Positions 1-12,660 of a stretch of 64,000 bases of DNA are shown here, piece by piece. The notes beneath the pieces are model-generated. The model did not search any database and was not told where the DNA came from. It saw only the letters and a program-made list of their open reading frames with translations. Position 1 is the stretch's first letter. Each line of letters starts with the position of its first letter. Source of the DNA: Octopus sinensis (lineage: Eukaryota); contig NC_043006.1 in assembly GCF_006345805.1 (NCBI RefSeq), positions 10,664,001-10,728,000 of the forward strand, written 5' to 3'. A program made the position numbers and the translations under genes.

Positions 1-189
1 TAAACAAAAATTCAGAAATATTTATAAGCAATTTCCTTTATCTGAATGTTGCAAACTTCATCCTCATGCCTGGGTTCATCTTTCGAGACATTAAATGTTA
101 CAATGCTTATCAAATGATACATTTTCTCATGGATAAATATTTTGTTTTATTCAGTTTTTGAAAATCAACCAAGCTCACGCGCATACACA

Positions 190-218
190 CATACTATATT
201 ATATATATATATATATAT

Positions 219-263
<45 letters not shown>

Positions 264-500
264 TATCATATATATATATTATTATATTATATATATATAT
301 ATTAGATATATATATACATACATATATATATATATTAGATATATGTATATATATATATATGTATTATATATTATATATATATATATTAGATATATATACA
401 TACATACATATATATATATAGTAGATATATATATATATATTATGTATATATATATATATATATATTAGATATATATGTATATATACATATATATATTTAC
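190..500. repeat. (TA)n-rich compound microsatellite/minisatellite
   Basis: TA runs with a recurring tattagatatatat(at)acatacata unit. Confidence 0.9.
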
Positions 501-1118
501 TCGCACACATATATTGGTTTGTTCTGGCAGATAAATATTTATAAACAAACACTTGTAACATTTGTGACCTCACAATGCACTAGACCAATAATAATGTGAC
601 ACGTATTTCTGTCTGCCTGGTGGAAAAATGACAAATAATTCTTCATTGTTTGCTTCTTAAGTTCAAGTGTCGTTGAATATTGTATTTTGACAGTAAAGTA
701 TATATGTGCCACATCGAACAGGAATTTATATTTTCTTTTATTTTCTTGTTGTTAATTAAGTCGGAAAAGTCATTTGGTTTTAAAATGGAAGTTGAGAAGC
801 GTACACCTTCTTAGAAACACGAAATAGACACATAATAGATTAAATTATATAGCTACGTAAATAGTTTCATACATATAGGTATAAATGCATACATCAACTT
901 ATTCATACATAAGTATAGTTCATTCAATCTGTTATAGGTACAAGGTCTGTAATTTCCAGAAGAAGACGAGTCGATTACATCGACCCTGAAATTATGAAAA
1001 GCGAAGCCGACATCGGGGGACTTAAACTTAAAGAGCACAGTAAGACGACTGAGCATTTTGTGCGGCCTGCTTACGATTCTGCCAGCTCGCTGCCCGATAC
1101 ATAATTGTCATATATATA

Positions 1119-1450
1119 GGCGCATGGCTCAGTGGTTAGGTCGTCGAGCTTACGATCGTGAGGTTGTGAGCTCGAATCCCGGACCGGGCTGCGTGTTGTG
1201 TTCTTGGGCAAGGCACTTTATTTTCACGTTGCTCCAGTTCACTCAACTGTAGAAATGAGTTGCGACGTCACTGGTGCCAAGCTGTATCGACCTTTGTCTT
1301 TCCCTGGGATAACACTGGTGGCGTGGAGAGGGGAGGCTGGTATGCATGGGGGACTGCTGGTCTCCCATAAACAACCTTGCCCGGACTTGTGTCTAGGAGA
1401 GTAACTTTCTAGGTGCAATCCCATGGTCATTCATGACCGAAGGGGGTCTT
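1119..1450 (+). mobile_element. tRNA-derived SINE, family S4 (full length)
   Basis: Head ggcgcatggctcagtggtt...cttacgat...tcgaatccc with A/B boxes; the same body recurs at 22812, 25725 and 27790. Confidence 0.85.
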
Positions 1451-1461
1451 TACATACATAT

Positions 1462-1848
1462 TACTCTTTAATTGTTTCAGTCTTTTTGATTGTGGCTATG
1501 TTGGATCACCGCCTTTTAGTCGAAGAAACATACCCCTGAATTTATTCTTTGTAAGCCTAGTACTTAACTTATCGGCTCCTTTGCCGAATCGCAAACTTAC
1601 GGGAAAGTGAACACACCAACATCGATTGTCAAGCGGTGGAAGGAAGACAAATACAGACACCAACACACAAATATGTACATATATATGCGACAGACCTCTT
1701 TCAGTTTCCGTCTACCAAATCCATACACAAGGGTGTGTTCGGCCCGAGGCTAAGTAGAAGACACTTGCCCAATGTGCCATGCAGTGGGACTGAACTCCAA
1801 ACCAAGTGGGTGGGAAGTAAGCTTCTTACCACACAGCCACACCTGCGC
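1462..1848 (-). mobile_element. tRNA-derived SINE, family S1 (diverged)
   Basis: Matches the multi-copy S1 consensus (gtggctgtgtggtaag...ttcagtcccactgc...aaagagtaa tail) in reverse. Confidence 0.8.
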
Positions 1849-1880
<32 letters not shown>

Positions 1881-2416
1881 TATATATATATTATATGTAT
1901 ATATATACATATACACACAATGAGAGGAGAGCAAGCGACAGAGAGAGACAGAGTTGTGGATATGAATATAGATACAGACGTATGGTATGTATATATATAA
2001 TATATATATATTTAACAATTGAGGATAAAAATCTTTAAAAGAAATTATCAGTAGTTAGCGTGAAAAACCTCGTAAGAGAAAAAATCCGTAAATTTTTCCA
2101 CTTTGAAAATATTTAGTTATATCATATTGAGGGTACTACTATTCGTAGATACCACACGCTAAAGAGGTCAAAACTACTAAAATAAACAAAATTTTACCGA
2201 ATGCAAACTTCTTCAAAGCAAATCTTTAAAAAAAGAATTTAGTTACATATCATATGTGATTTCGCAATTAATGCAGAATATGCATTCCATGTTCATCAGT
2301 GCAACAAACTCAAGATATATAAGAAAAAACATAACGTTACAAGCTCGATAGCAACCGTTAGAAATCGTCGTAGCATGTACGAATGTTTATCTTTACATAT
2401 CTATGAAAATGGCGGG

Positions 2417-2462
<46 letters not shown>

Positions 2463-2984
2463 GTTATCAGTAACAATAAAGGGTGAAATTATTAATTTGG
2501 AATAATTATTAATTACACCAAGTAGATTTCGGCATGTAAATGTGCTGAGGCAATTCGTTGCTAAACCCTTAATTGCTTAGTATATATTATATATATATAT
2601 ATAATATATATATATATATACATGCATATTGTATGTGTGTATATAGTTTAATAGAGCTTGTTATTAACAATAACTCACGTTAATACAGACGGAAAATGTA
2701 GCGCTCGTTGTGAGCCATATTCGAAAAAACATTATTATGGGGGCAGCACAGGAGACACATCCAAAATTTAAATAAATACATATATGCTATAAAATGGAAA
2801 TAAAATTGCATTGATATTGTCTATTTATATATGCATTTGGTGATTTTTGAATTTTATTTCCATTTTATAGAGAATACGTTGTACTTATATATGTTTTGGA
2901 TTCGTATTCAATTATGTTCTTTTAGACTTCGCCTGTGTTGCCTCCATGATAATATTATTTCATATATATATATCTATATATATA

Positions 2985-3019
<35 letters not shown>

Positions 3020-3027
<8 letters not shown>

Positions 3028-3450
3028 ACAAGTCAGAATAGAAAATGCTAAAATAATTTTATAGTGAACATTTCAGTACCGGTTTCGGACATTTTGAGAC
3101 CTTTTCAACTGTAACGATTAATAATTAAATTTAGAAAAATTAGAAGAAAAGTTTTTTTAAAGGAATATTTCTATAGTAGTGTTCAGATATAAGTGGCATT
3201 CTGCCTTTCTCTGACTCCCTTGTTTGCACTTGTGTGTTCGAGGTCGTTGTGAGTTCTTGGTAGGGTAGAAGAGAAGAAGGCTGATGAGAGAGGGGGTGGG
3301 AAAATCTGGGAGTGCCTTGATGGTCGTATTTTGAATGGTCAGTGCGGCTAGCAGTCGCAGTTCAATTCAGGAGAATATTTCTATTGAAAGGCTTGTTTAT
3401 GGAATTAGGTGTTATACTAAAAAGGTGTTATACTAAAAAGCATTAGTGAC
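3020..3450 (-). mobile_element. Penelope-like-element-derived fragment with minimal hammerhead-like motif
   Basis: Minus strand 3111-3074 reads CAG-UUGAAAA-GG..CC-GAAACCGGUA-CUG, with stem I CAG/CUG; flanked by TA and trinucleotide tracts. Confidence 0.45.
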
Positions 3451-3469
3451 AAAGTTAAGAGGTAGAAGG

Positions 3470-3680
3470 TGGAGAAGTAGAAGAAGAAAAAGAAGAAGAA
3501 GAAGAAGAAGAAGAAGAAGAAGAATAAGAAGAAGATGACGATGTTGATGATGTTGATGATGAAGAAGAAGAAGAAGAAGAAGGAGAAGATGATGATGATG
3601 ATGATGGTGGTGATGATGATGACGACGATGATGATGATAATGATGATGATGAAGAAGAAGAGGAAGAAGAAGAAAAAAAC
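3470..3680. repeat. (GAA)n/(GAT)n compound trinucleotide repeat
   Basis: Direct reading; produces the spurious poly-Ser ORF 3455-3739. Confidence 0.95.
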
Positions 3681-3831
3681 AGAGAAGGAGAATATGAATG
3701 GGTGAAAGTATGAGGTGTTGTATGACTTGAAGTTGGCATGTTATGGAGTATAGCTGTGATTGGGGCTGATTAGTAATGGATTCTTTGGAATGTAATATTT
3801 GTTTGTGTATATTTCTTTTATATATATATAT

Positions 3832-4372
3832 AAATATAGGGACGGTATTGTTAAAATACCATCACGAGTGGCAAGCGAATTATCAGCCGTATAGGCAAAT
3901 TATATATACATATATACATACAGTATTAGATATGTGCATATATACACAAGGGCACTAATAAGCACATACATCGCTAAAAATAGAAGTCAATAAATACTTC
4001 TGTACCACCGAATATTCAGAAATCTATCACAGACATGATAGTAAAAAATATCAGTGATAGATAATAACGTCTTACATCTGTTGGGTCAAAACAAGTAAAT
4101 GCTGGTCACCTTGGTACCGGTTTCGAAATTTATCGCCAAATAGGTGCCTGATTTGTCATCCGCCAAATCTGCCAGCTAATTGCTACTAAAATTATCCCCT
4201 AGTTTTTGACTTCTATTTTTAGCGATGTATGTGCTCATTAGTACCCTTGTGTATATATGTACATATCTAATATTGTATGCCTATATTTTATTACTTTGCC
4301 TGTACGGCTGATAATTCGCTTGCCACTCGTGATGGGATTTTAACAATACCATCCCCATATATTTATATATAT
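3832..4372. repeat. Inverted repeat with ~160-bp arms and ~215-bp spacer
   Basis: 3832-3990 is the reverse complement of ~4206-4372; both ORF translations contain VLLK.HHEWQANYQPYRQ. Confidence 0.9.
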
Positions 4373-4377
4373 ATATA

Positions 4378-4410
4378 TTTGCATGTGTTGCCTCCATAAT
4401 GATATTATTT

Positions 4411-4472
<62 letters not shown>

Positions 4473-4505
4473 AAATAATATCATTATGGAGGCAACACAT
4501 GCAAA
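4378..4505. repeat. Palindrome: 34-bp perfect inverted repeats around (TA)n
   Basis: tttgcatgtgttgcctccataatgatattatttc at 4378-4411 and its exact reverse complement at 4472-4505. Confidence 0.95.
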
Positions 4506-4598
4506 TGCTAAAAGAACATTATTGAAATACGCATCTAGAACTTGTATAAATACATATATTCTATGAGAAGGAGAGAGGGAGAGAGATATGTATGGATG

Positions 4599-4630
<32 letters not shown>

Positions 4631-5059
4631 TCGACTGTAAGTTTGAGCTATGGTGATTCGCTGCAACATAGCCTTTTGGGGGGATGACTCCCTTATATCG
4701 GGGGAGATAGTCATAGAAAGGCGAAACATTTCGCTTACAATTCTATTTATCACGGTAAACCGGTGAATACGCAAAACGCATACAGGATATGGGATCGATA
4801 ATGTATACAACAGTAGCGCTGCTTATAATTCGTAATTGAATGTAGGGCAAAATCCAAGCTGTATTCTCTTGGAGCACATCTGCTTACTCCAGTATTACAA
4901 TCCAGGATGAGGTAGCTGTAGCTGCTGCAATGATGTGAGGTTCCATAGTAGGATTGAACATTCTGGAAATATTGTCTACAGCGTTATCATATAACGAAAC
5001 CATGTTATTGCAAAATTATTTCTAACTTTCTGTTTATGCATTGCATTCCAGATTCAGGC

Positions 5060-5370
5060 CTACTACATGGCACGTTGGGCAAGTGTCTTCTATTATAGCA
5101 TCGGTACGACCTGAGTCTTGTAAGTGAATTTGGAAGAATGAAACTGAAAGAAGGCTGCCGTATATGTATATGTGTGTGTGCGTGTATATGTGTATTTGTG
5201 TCTTTTGTTGTCACCCACAACCGCTTGACAACTAGTGTTGGTATGTTTATATCCCTTAATCTTGCAGTTCGGCGAAAGATTAGTATTTCGACTAAAACCC
5301 ATCAAGGTGTATTTCCAGTATGGTCGCACTCCAATAATTGTCAAAAGTAAGTGAATAAAAGAATAAAAGA
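5060..5370 (+). mobile_element. SINE S1, diverged and 5'-truncated
   Basis: ttgggcaagtgtcttcta...aaactgaaagaag...gcttgacaac consensus blocks. Confidence 0.7.
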
Positions 5371-5617
5371 CTATGAATGTCGTTGTTCAGTTTTATTTCA
5401 TGATTTGTTGACAATGGAGGAAGAGCCGGTTTCCAGTCCTCCGTTGGAATTTCAACATCAAGGACAGAGTATTATGTATGTATGTATGTATGTACGTATG
5501 TATGTGTGTATGTATGTATGTACGTATGTATGTATGTATGTACGTATGTATGTATGTGTGTATGTACGTATGTATGTATGTATGTATGTATGTATGTATG
5601 TATGTATTTTTTCAACA

Positions 5618-5820
5618 TGTGACCTCGTGAGCACCGCCAGCAAATTTTTTCCTCTGTCTTCCCTTCTCTGGATCTTTCCTTCTCCTTTGTTTCCGACGAA
5701 AAGCTCCGCTCGAAACGTTAAACCCTCCTTCTTCCCTTCTTCCTGAGCGTCCAATAATACTTTATTTGTTCCACGTCCTCGCGTTGCTGTGTTTTTTTGT
5801 GTTTTCTTGTTTGGATTAAC
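5618..5820 (+). mobile_element. PLE-derived pLTR-like unit with hammerhead-like motif, inserted in (TATG)n
   Basis: Same ~200-bp unit as the three copies at 20288-21300; motif gtttccgacgaa.agctccgctcgaaacgttaaac at 5689-5723. Confidence 0.65.
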
Positions 5821-6859
5821 TATGTATGTATATATGTATGTATGTACGTATGTATGTGTGTGTGTATGTATGTATGCATGTATGTATGTATGTATGTATG
5901 TATGTATGTATGTGTATGTATGTATGTATGCATGCATGTATGTATGTATGTATGTATGTATGTATGTATGTGTATTGGTAAACGGTTCTAACCTAGATCC
6001 AAGCTTCCTTCATTTGAATTACAAAATCAATGTATGTATGTATGTATCTATGTAGGACCATCAAACTAAACATGAGCTATGTATAATTCACAGCGGGCAT
6101 TGGTATGCATATGAACAAAATAGACAAATAAAGGTATATCAAATACTATGCAATATGAATTTTTTTAGTTATTTAATGTATCTTGCCAAACACCCAGCCA
6201 CCTCCAGTATGTATCGAAATTACCAAATGGTATTTGTCAACAATTCTGAAAGACATGGAGGAAGTAATCTGAAGAATCAAGGATTTTTCCAGCATTGATA
6301 TGACTTTAAGAGAAATGAGAAACTTCTTTTTCTGGAGAGCGGACAACAGTCGTGGATAAGTGTTTCTATAATGTTAAAAAATACCCTACACAGAATATGC
6401 GGAAAAACAAGAAGAAAGGGAATGCGCTGTTCCTTTTTCGCTGTTGATTCGAAAGAACGCTGTAATCAAAGTACGAGAATATGTCTTGAAATGTAGATTA
6501 TAGATTTCCAATTATTTGAAAATACATTATCACATCTTCCAAAATTGCATATTATACTTGAAATATATTACAAGAAAACCATTCCATGGTTGTGTATACC
6601 CGTGTGCATTTATAATTTAAAACATTTCAAAATATATTATTAGCCCACTAAAATACAAAAATACAAAATATATAATTAAGCGTAACAAAGTACATAATTA
6701 CAAAACGGCTTCATTACTTAGACAAGATATGCAATGTATTGCTACCAACCATTACACACGAACTAATGAATATATTTCGTACTATAAAAGTTAGAGGAGA
6801 TACGACTGTATGTAAGAAAACAAACTGTTACGTAATAGACTTGCAATATGATATGATAA

Positions 6860-7080
6860 AAGAACGGATACCAGAGATCAGTAAATTGAAAAGTATCAGA
6901 ATCTAATCAAACCGAAAATAATATTTTAGAAGCCAAAGGTGATAATTATCCCGATAGTAACTGAGGCACTTGGCACAACGCCTAAATTATTACTTAAGAG
7001 GATGAAGGATACTGAAATCAAGACACTCCTTATCAAGTGGCAGAAAAAATACCATCATACGGAAGGTTCTTCAGAACTCA
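6860..7080 (+). pseudogene. R4/Dong-clade non-LTR retrotransposon C-terminal (RLE endonuclease) remnant
   Basis: Frameshifted translation IEKYQNL...KVIIIPIVTEALGTTPK...QK...RKVL resembles the R4-type KIEKYQDL...KVIPIVIGALG...RKVL. Confidence 0.65.
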
Positions 7081-7189
7081 GATGATTTATTGCCAGAAAG
7101 CATCTTGTTAACATCTCTGCTAATTATACTAGCAGGTAATAGAGGCTTTGTAATAATAACATCAACGGTAATAATAATCCTTTCTAGTG

Positions 7190-7724
7190 GAAGCACAAGG
7201 CCCCAAATTTCGAGGAAGGGATTAAGTCAATTACATTGAATCCAGTGCATTACTGGTACTAATTTTATCGACTACGAAAGGATGAAAAGCGAAGTCAACC
7301 TCGGCGGAATTTGAACTCAGAACATAAAGACAGACGAAATACCTATTTCTTTACGACCCACAAGGGGCTAAACACAGACAGGACAGAGAAGGATAGACAA
7401 ACAGATTAATCGATTATATCGAACACAGTGTGTAATTTAATCAACCTTTGATGAAAAGCAAAGTCGACCTCGGCTAGAATTTGAACTCAGAACGTAGCGG
7501 CAGACGAAATACCTATTTCTTTACTACCCACTAAGTGCTAAACACAGAGGGGACAAACAAGGACAGACAAAGGGATTAAGTTGATTATATCGATCCCAGT
7601 GCGTAACTGATACTTATTTAATCGACCCTGAAAGGATGAAAGGCAAAGTCGTCCTCGGTGGAATTTGAACTCAAAACGTAACGTTTGGCCCGGCATGCTA
7701 ACGTCTCTGCCAGCTCGCCGCCCT
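7190..7724 (-). mobile_element. SINE S2 with tandem partial units
   Basis: aggcggcgagctggcaga head at ~7724; repeated gaaaggcaaagtcgacctcggcggaatttgaactcag blocks. Confidence 0.85.
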
Positions 7725-7764
7725 AAAAACGGTAACAATAATAACAATAATAAGGAGACGAAGA

Positions 7765-7846
7765 GAAGAAGAAGAAGAAGAAGAAGAAGAAGAAGAAGAA
7801 GAAGAAGAAGAAGAAGAAGAAGAAGAAGAAGAAGAAGAAGAAGAAA
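7765..7846. repeat. (GAA)n microsatellite
   Basis: Direct reading. Confidence 0.95.
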
Positions 7847-7867
7847 ATATGTAAATATGCATATATA

Positions 7868-7995
7868 TTTTTTTTAAATTTATACACATTATTTACATTT
7901 GACGGATATTTGTCATCTTGTTGTTGTTCACACAATATTTTGCCGGGGGTTATATGTAAATAATGTAAATAATGTACATGACCCCTCATTTCTTA
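7868..7995. mobile_element. Deleted PLE-derived repeat with inverted acattatttacat motifs
   Basis: Shares tttacatt.gacggatatttgtc..catcttgt with 43555-43620. Confidence 0.55.
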
Positions 7996-8035
7996 ACTTA
8001 GTACTGTAATATTTTTAAACATACACACACATACA

Positions 8036-8112
<77 letters not shown>

Positions 8113-8320
8113 TGTGTGTGTATGTGTGTGTGTGTGTGTGTATGTGTGTGTGTGTGCGTATGTGTGTGTAAATTTACACACACATACGCACACGCACACA
8201 CACACACACACACACATGCTGGCCCATATACCTTTGAAAGACCTATAAACTCTACCCTTTACGTTCTATAGCCCAATTGCGCAGGAGTCAACAATTATTC
8301 ACTGGTACAATATATTACCG

Positions 8321-8600
8321 TGGAGGCAGATGGCCTTGTAGTTAGAGCAGTGGACTCCCGGTTGAGGGATCATGGGTTCGAATCTCAGACCGGGCGATGT
8401 GAGTGTTTATGAATGATACACCTAAGCTCCACTCGGCTCCAACCAAAATTAATGGCGAATTTCTGCTGACTCTTTCACCACAACTTTCTCTCACTCTTTC
8501 CTCCTGCATCTTGCAGCTCACCTACGACGTACCGGTGACCCGTCCAGGTGGGGAACCTATACGCCAAGGAAACCAGGAAACCGGCCCTATGAAGGAACAA
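8321..8600 (+). mobile_element. SINE S3 variant
   Basis: tggaggc...gtggtt...ggttcgaatctcagaccgggcg head and acacctaagctccac body. Confidence 0.75.
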
Positions 8601-8629
8601 ACAACAATATATTACCAAAAAGAGGCTTT

Positions 8630-10105
8630 GTGCCAAAATCGTCTCTTACACCCTACCATCTTAAGCCTGTATCTTTCCAGCGGACTGGAGAACAGCAATA
8701 ATCTACCCAATTTTCAAGAAAAGGAGCCGCGAACACCCGCTTAATTACCGGCCGGTTTCCCTTACTTAAAATATCAGCAAGATGTTCGAAACCATCCTTA
8801 AGAAAAGTATGTTACTCCACCTCCAAAACACAGCCTCTATCTCTGATTCCCAACAAGGCTTCGTGCCGAAGAGATCATGCTTGACCAACTTACTAGTAAT
8901 GGAAGAATTGGTCACGCGCATCATCGATGATAGTGATGCTGTTGACATCGTTTTATTGGACTTTGCCAAAGCTTTTGACTCGGTAAACCATCGCATATTA
9001 CTTGTTAAGCTTCAAGCATATAGTTTCCATCCGGATATTGTACGATGGGTTGGTGTCTTCCTCTCAGATGGCTCCCTCCAAGTCCAAGTTAATGGTTCGC
9101 TGTACGACGTCTCCAGTTCAAGCGGTGGCGTGCCTCAAGGTTCAGTGCTTGGGCCCTTATGGTTTTTAGTCTTCATAAATGACTTGCCCGACGACCTCAC
9201 GCAACACACCCTTCTATTTGCCGATGATGTCAAACTGGTCGCTCCTCGCGGTGATATAGATGATCTTCGTCGATGCCTCCACCAACTTTGGAGATGGTCT
9301 AACGAATGGGACCTGTGTGTGAACGTGTCAAAGTGCTGTCATCTGCCTGTTGGCTCTTCTCCTGCAACTCAACTTGATTTCGAGCCGGGTCGTCTGCTGC
9401 TGGGGAGGACCGACCAGGTAAAGGACCTGGGTATCTTGGTGGATTCTTCCTTTTCGCCTTCGGCCCAGTGCGTCCATGCTGCCAACAAAGCACACGGAGT
9501 TCTGTTTTTGATTCGATGGTCATTCGGAATGCTCACAGCAGCCATATTCCTACCGCTCTATGTCACGCTGGTGAGACCCATATTGGAGTACGGGATTCAA
9601 GCCTCTTCTCCGTATCTCCTCAAAGACATACAGCATCTCGAAAGAGTCCAGAAGCTGGCTACCCGCATGGTTCTTGGTCTCAAGCATTTGTCTTATGAAG
9701 AAAGGCTGAAGACGCTCGACCTTTATTCTCTAGAAAAACGACGACGCCGTGGTGGTCTCATTCTTTCTCACAACATCATAAGCGGAAAGTGTAACCTCTC
9801 GAAAGAGCTGTTCTTCACTCCTGCTCCAGAGCGTAGGCTGCGGGGTCACTCCGAAAAGCTCTATCTGCGACGATTTCATCTCAATCGAAGGAGAGGGGCT
9901 TTCTCCGTCCGGGTTGCGAATCCGTGGAATAAGCCGCCGGACGAGATAGTGAAGATGCCGACGACCACTCGGTTCAGAGCCTCTCTTGACCAGAAATGGC
10001 CTGAACTCTTTGCATGAACACCTTTGTACATAACTCCATATCCCCCGACATGGCCTTGCTTTTTGCTTTTTGCTTTTTAAGCCAAAAAATTAACTTAACT
10101 AACTT
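8630..10105 (+). mobile_element. 5'-truncated CR1-group (CR1/L2/Crack-like) LINE
   Basis: Upstream frame PADWRTAIIYPIFKK...NYRPVSLT* runs into the RT ORF; short 3' UTR ending in (taac)-type repeats. Confidence 0.9.
8782..10017 (+). pseudogene. Non-LTR reverse transcriptase ORF2 remnant (411 aa)
   Basis: Motifs QQGF, DFAKAFDSVNH, GVPQGSVLGP, LFADD, KDLGI and CR1-type C-terminus LERVQK.ATR/SYEERL; no endonuclease domain; in-frame stop just upstream. Confidence 0.92.
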
Positions 10106-11492
10106 ATAAGTTTGTCCTAAATATCGATGCTTGTTTCCAGAATTGTAGTTATTTTCTTTCATACGTGTTGAGAAATATAAAGCTTCCCTTTCGTAAGTCC
10201 CAGGTTAATGCGTTGGTTGGAAAGAAAACTGTAACTGTGTATGGTGTGTGGAAGCCAGGGAAATATCTCCTGTGTAGCACGTGTGATATACAGGACAGGG
10301 CTAAACAAGATGAATGGTACATAAGATAATGCAGTATTTCATCCTTGAGAAAGTCAGAATTTTTACGATTTCAAATTGGATATAGTAATACGTTTGGTTG
10401 TTCAGGGTTGTCCTGGTATTCCCTCTGTAAATATAACATAGTTTGATTTAACTGACTTGTATATAACTTTTTTTTGGTGCGGGCCCCTAAAAAAAGCCCG
10501 GTTTTCGATATGGCCTGGATTTTACAGGTATTGAGAACAATTGGTTTAGGAAGTAGTTTGAAATAAATATCCTTACCCAGAGTCTAGCAATGTGTTGATA
10601 CGGTCTCTGGGGAGCATCTTTCCACAAGATGTCTGTCGTAATCTGGCCTTCTCTCCACCACCTGCAACCGAATAATGGGATAAGAAAAAAACGAATAGTA
10701 TTTTCAGTATACCTAGATTTAAATAGGTTCTCAGTGAGCTCTGATGAACCTCTCAACAGGCAAAGCATTTGAAAGATATGCATAAAACATGTGACTTTGT
10801 ATTCTAGAACAGTCCACAGTATTATCGTTATGACAGGTAGATAAATGTAGTCAGCTTCATTTGAAACCAGTTTAATGAGTGCCAATGTGCTTTTGCACGA
10901 AACCTTTGGCCCTTGAGTCACTCTGTAAGTTCTGCTGACTGATAATTTGTTGAACGTCAACAAAATATAAATGCAATGTAAAGTAACGGTTTTATTCTGT
11001 ATGCTTACTGACCCTTATTTATTATTTAGAATCCAAAGCACTGTGAGACGTATCGCTAATTGAGTCCACCACTAATGTTCATACGGTGTAGGAAATTACT
11101 TCACCGTCCGTAATGTGGTTCTCCTGCTGTGTCACATGTGAATTCCGCATAATTAATGGTACTTTATTCTCGTCCAATCAAAATGCTTTCTGTTTTTCAT
11201 ATCGATAATTGTATTTCATGTCCTTGACATAGTTCCATACAGTTTTATATTTCAATTTCTTTAACCCTCCCTTTTTACATTAATAAATATCCCCACTTCC
11301 CAATATCTAACCCGCACGCCGATACATGTACGCGCACGCACACCCTACTATCCCGCACCCCCATAAACGCACACACACACACATAGTGGCGGCAAAAGGC
11401 ATTCTCGATAAATGTTTCAACACCAACTGAGCAGTGAGCCCCGGTCAAAACTGTGATGGTAACTGAAAAAGTTGTAACATTAGCACTATACC

Positions 11493-11716
11493 TATTTCTT
11501 TACTACCTACAAGGGGCTAAACACAGAGAGGACAGACAAGGAGATTAAGTCGATTACATCGACTCCAGTGCGTAACTGGTACTTAATTTATGGACCCCGA
11601 AAGGATGAAAGGCAAAGTTGACCTCGGCGGAATTTGAACTCAGAACGTTACGGCAGACGAAAAACGGCTACGCATTTCGTCCGGCGCGCTAACGTTTCTA
11701 CCAGCTCGCCGCCTTA
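11493..11716 (-). mobile_element. SINE S2 with 13-bp TSD
   Basis: S2 consensus flanked by ttagcactatacc on both sides. Confidence 0.9.
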
Positions 11717-11959
11717 GCACTATACCACCTACATACCTGAATTCACATGCGGCAGGTAGCGCAGAAAACCTATGATTTTTTTTTTCTGTTATTCCCCGTA
11801 CGTATTCATCAGTCCTGTTTATCACTTTCACTTTCTTGAATTTTTTTATTAGCAATGGGGTTTTATGAAATCAAATAAATTAACGGGAGTGCTTACGAAT
11901 GCAGATTCGGCTGTCACTACAAATGCAGTATTTTAATGCAATGTTGGTTCAAGTGGAGT

Positions 11960-12231
11960 GGAAGCACTCCGTCGGTTACGACGACGAGGGTTCCGGTTGA
12001 TCCGAATCAACGGAACAACCTGCTCGTGAAATTAACGTGTAAGTGGCTGAACACTCCACAGACACGTGTACCCTTAACGTAGTTCTCGGGGATATTCAGC
12101 GTGACACAGAGAGTGACAAGGCCGGCCCTTTGAAATACAGGTACAACAGAAACAGGAAGTAAGAGTGAGAGAAAGTTGTGGTGAAAGAGTACAGCAGGGA
12201 TCACCACCATCCCCTGCCGGAGGCTCGTGGA
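11960..12231 (-). mobile_element. SINE S3, 5'-truncated
   Basis: ggaagcactccgtcggttacgacgacgaggg 3' end; near-identical to copies at 57325 and 59745. Confidence 0.9.
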
Positions 12232-12244
12232 GCTTTTGTATGAA

Positions 12245-12288
<44 letters not shown>

Positions 12289-12385
12289 CTATTACTGTTC
12301 CATGTGTATATTCGGTATATTCGTTAATTCAAGGCAACAATCCAGCAGAATCTTTAGCTAAAGAAGCTTTCTCTGTTTCGTCCTG

Positions 12386-12660
12386 TCTTTACGTTGCGAC
12401 TTCGAATTCTGCCGAGGTCGTTTTTACTTTTCATCTTCTTGGGGTCGATCAAATTAGTACCTATTTCTTTACTACCCACAAGGGGCTAAACATAGAGTAG
12501 ACAAACAAGGACAGACAAAGGGAATTAGTCGATTATATCGACCCCAGTGCGCAACTGGTACTTAATTTATCGACCCCGAAAGGATGAAAGGCAAAGTCGA
12601 CCTCGGCGAAATTTGAACTCAGAACGTTACGGCAGACGAAATACGGCTACGCATTTCGAC
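12386..12660 (-). mobile_element. SINE S2 (minus) abutting a short plus-strand S2 fragment
   Basis: S2 consensus blocks on both strands. Confidence 0.8.

Noticed and set aside
1119-1195. tRNA-Arg-like cloverleaf (and similar heads at 19200, 57955 and 60130)
   Set aside because: Each continues into a SINE body and the acceptor stem is imperfect, so these are SINE heads and not tRNA genes.
10487-10963. 158-aa minus-strand ORF
   Set aside because: No recognisable motif or convincing splice boundaries; within chance expectation for this window.
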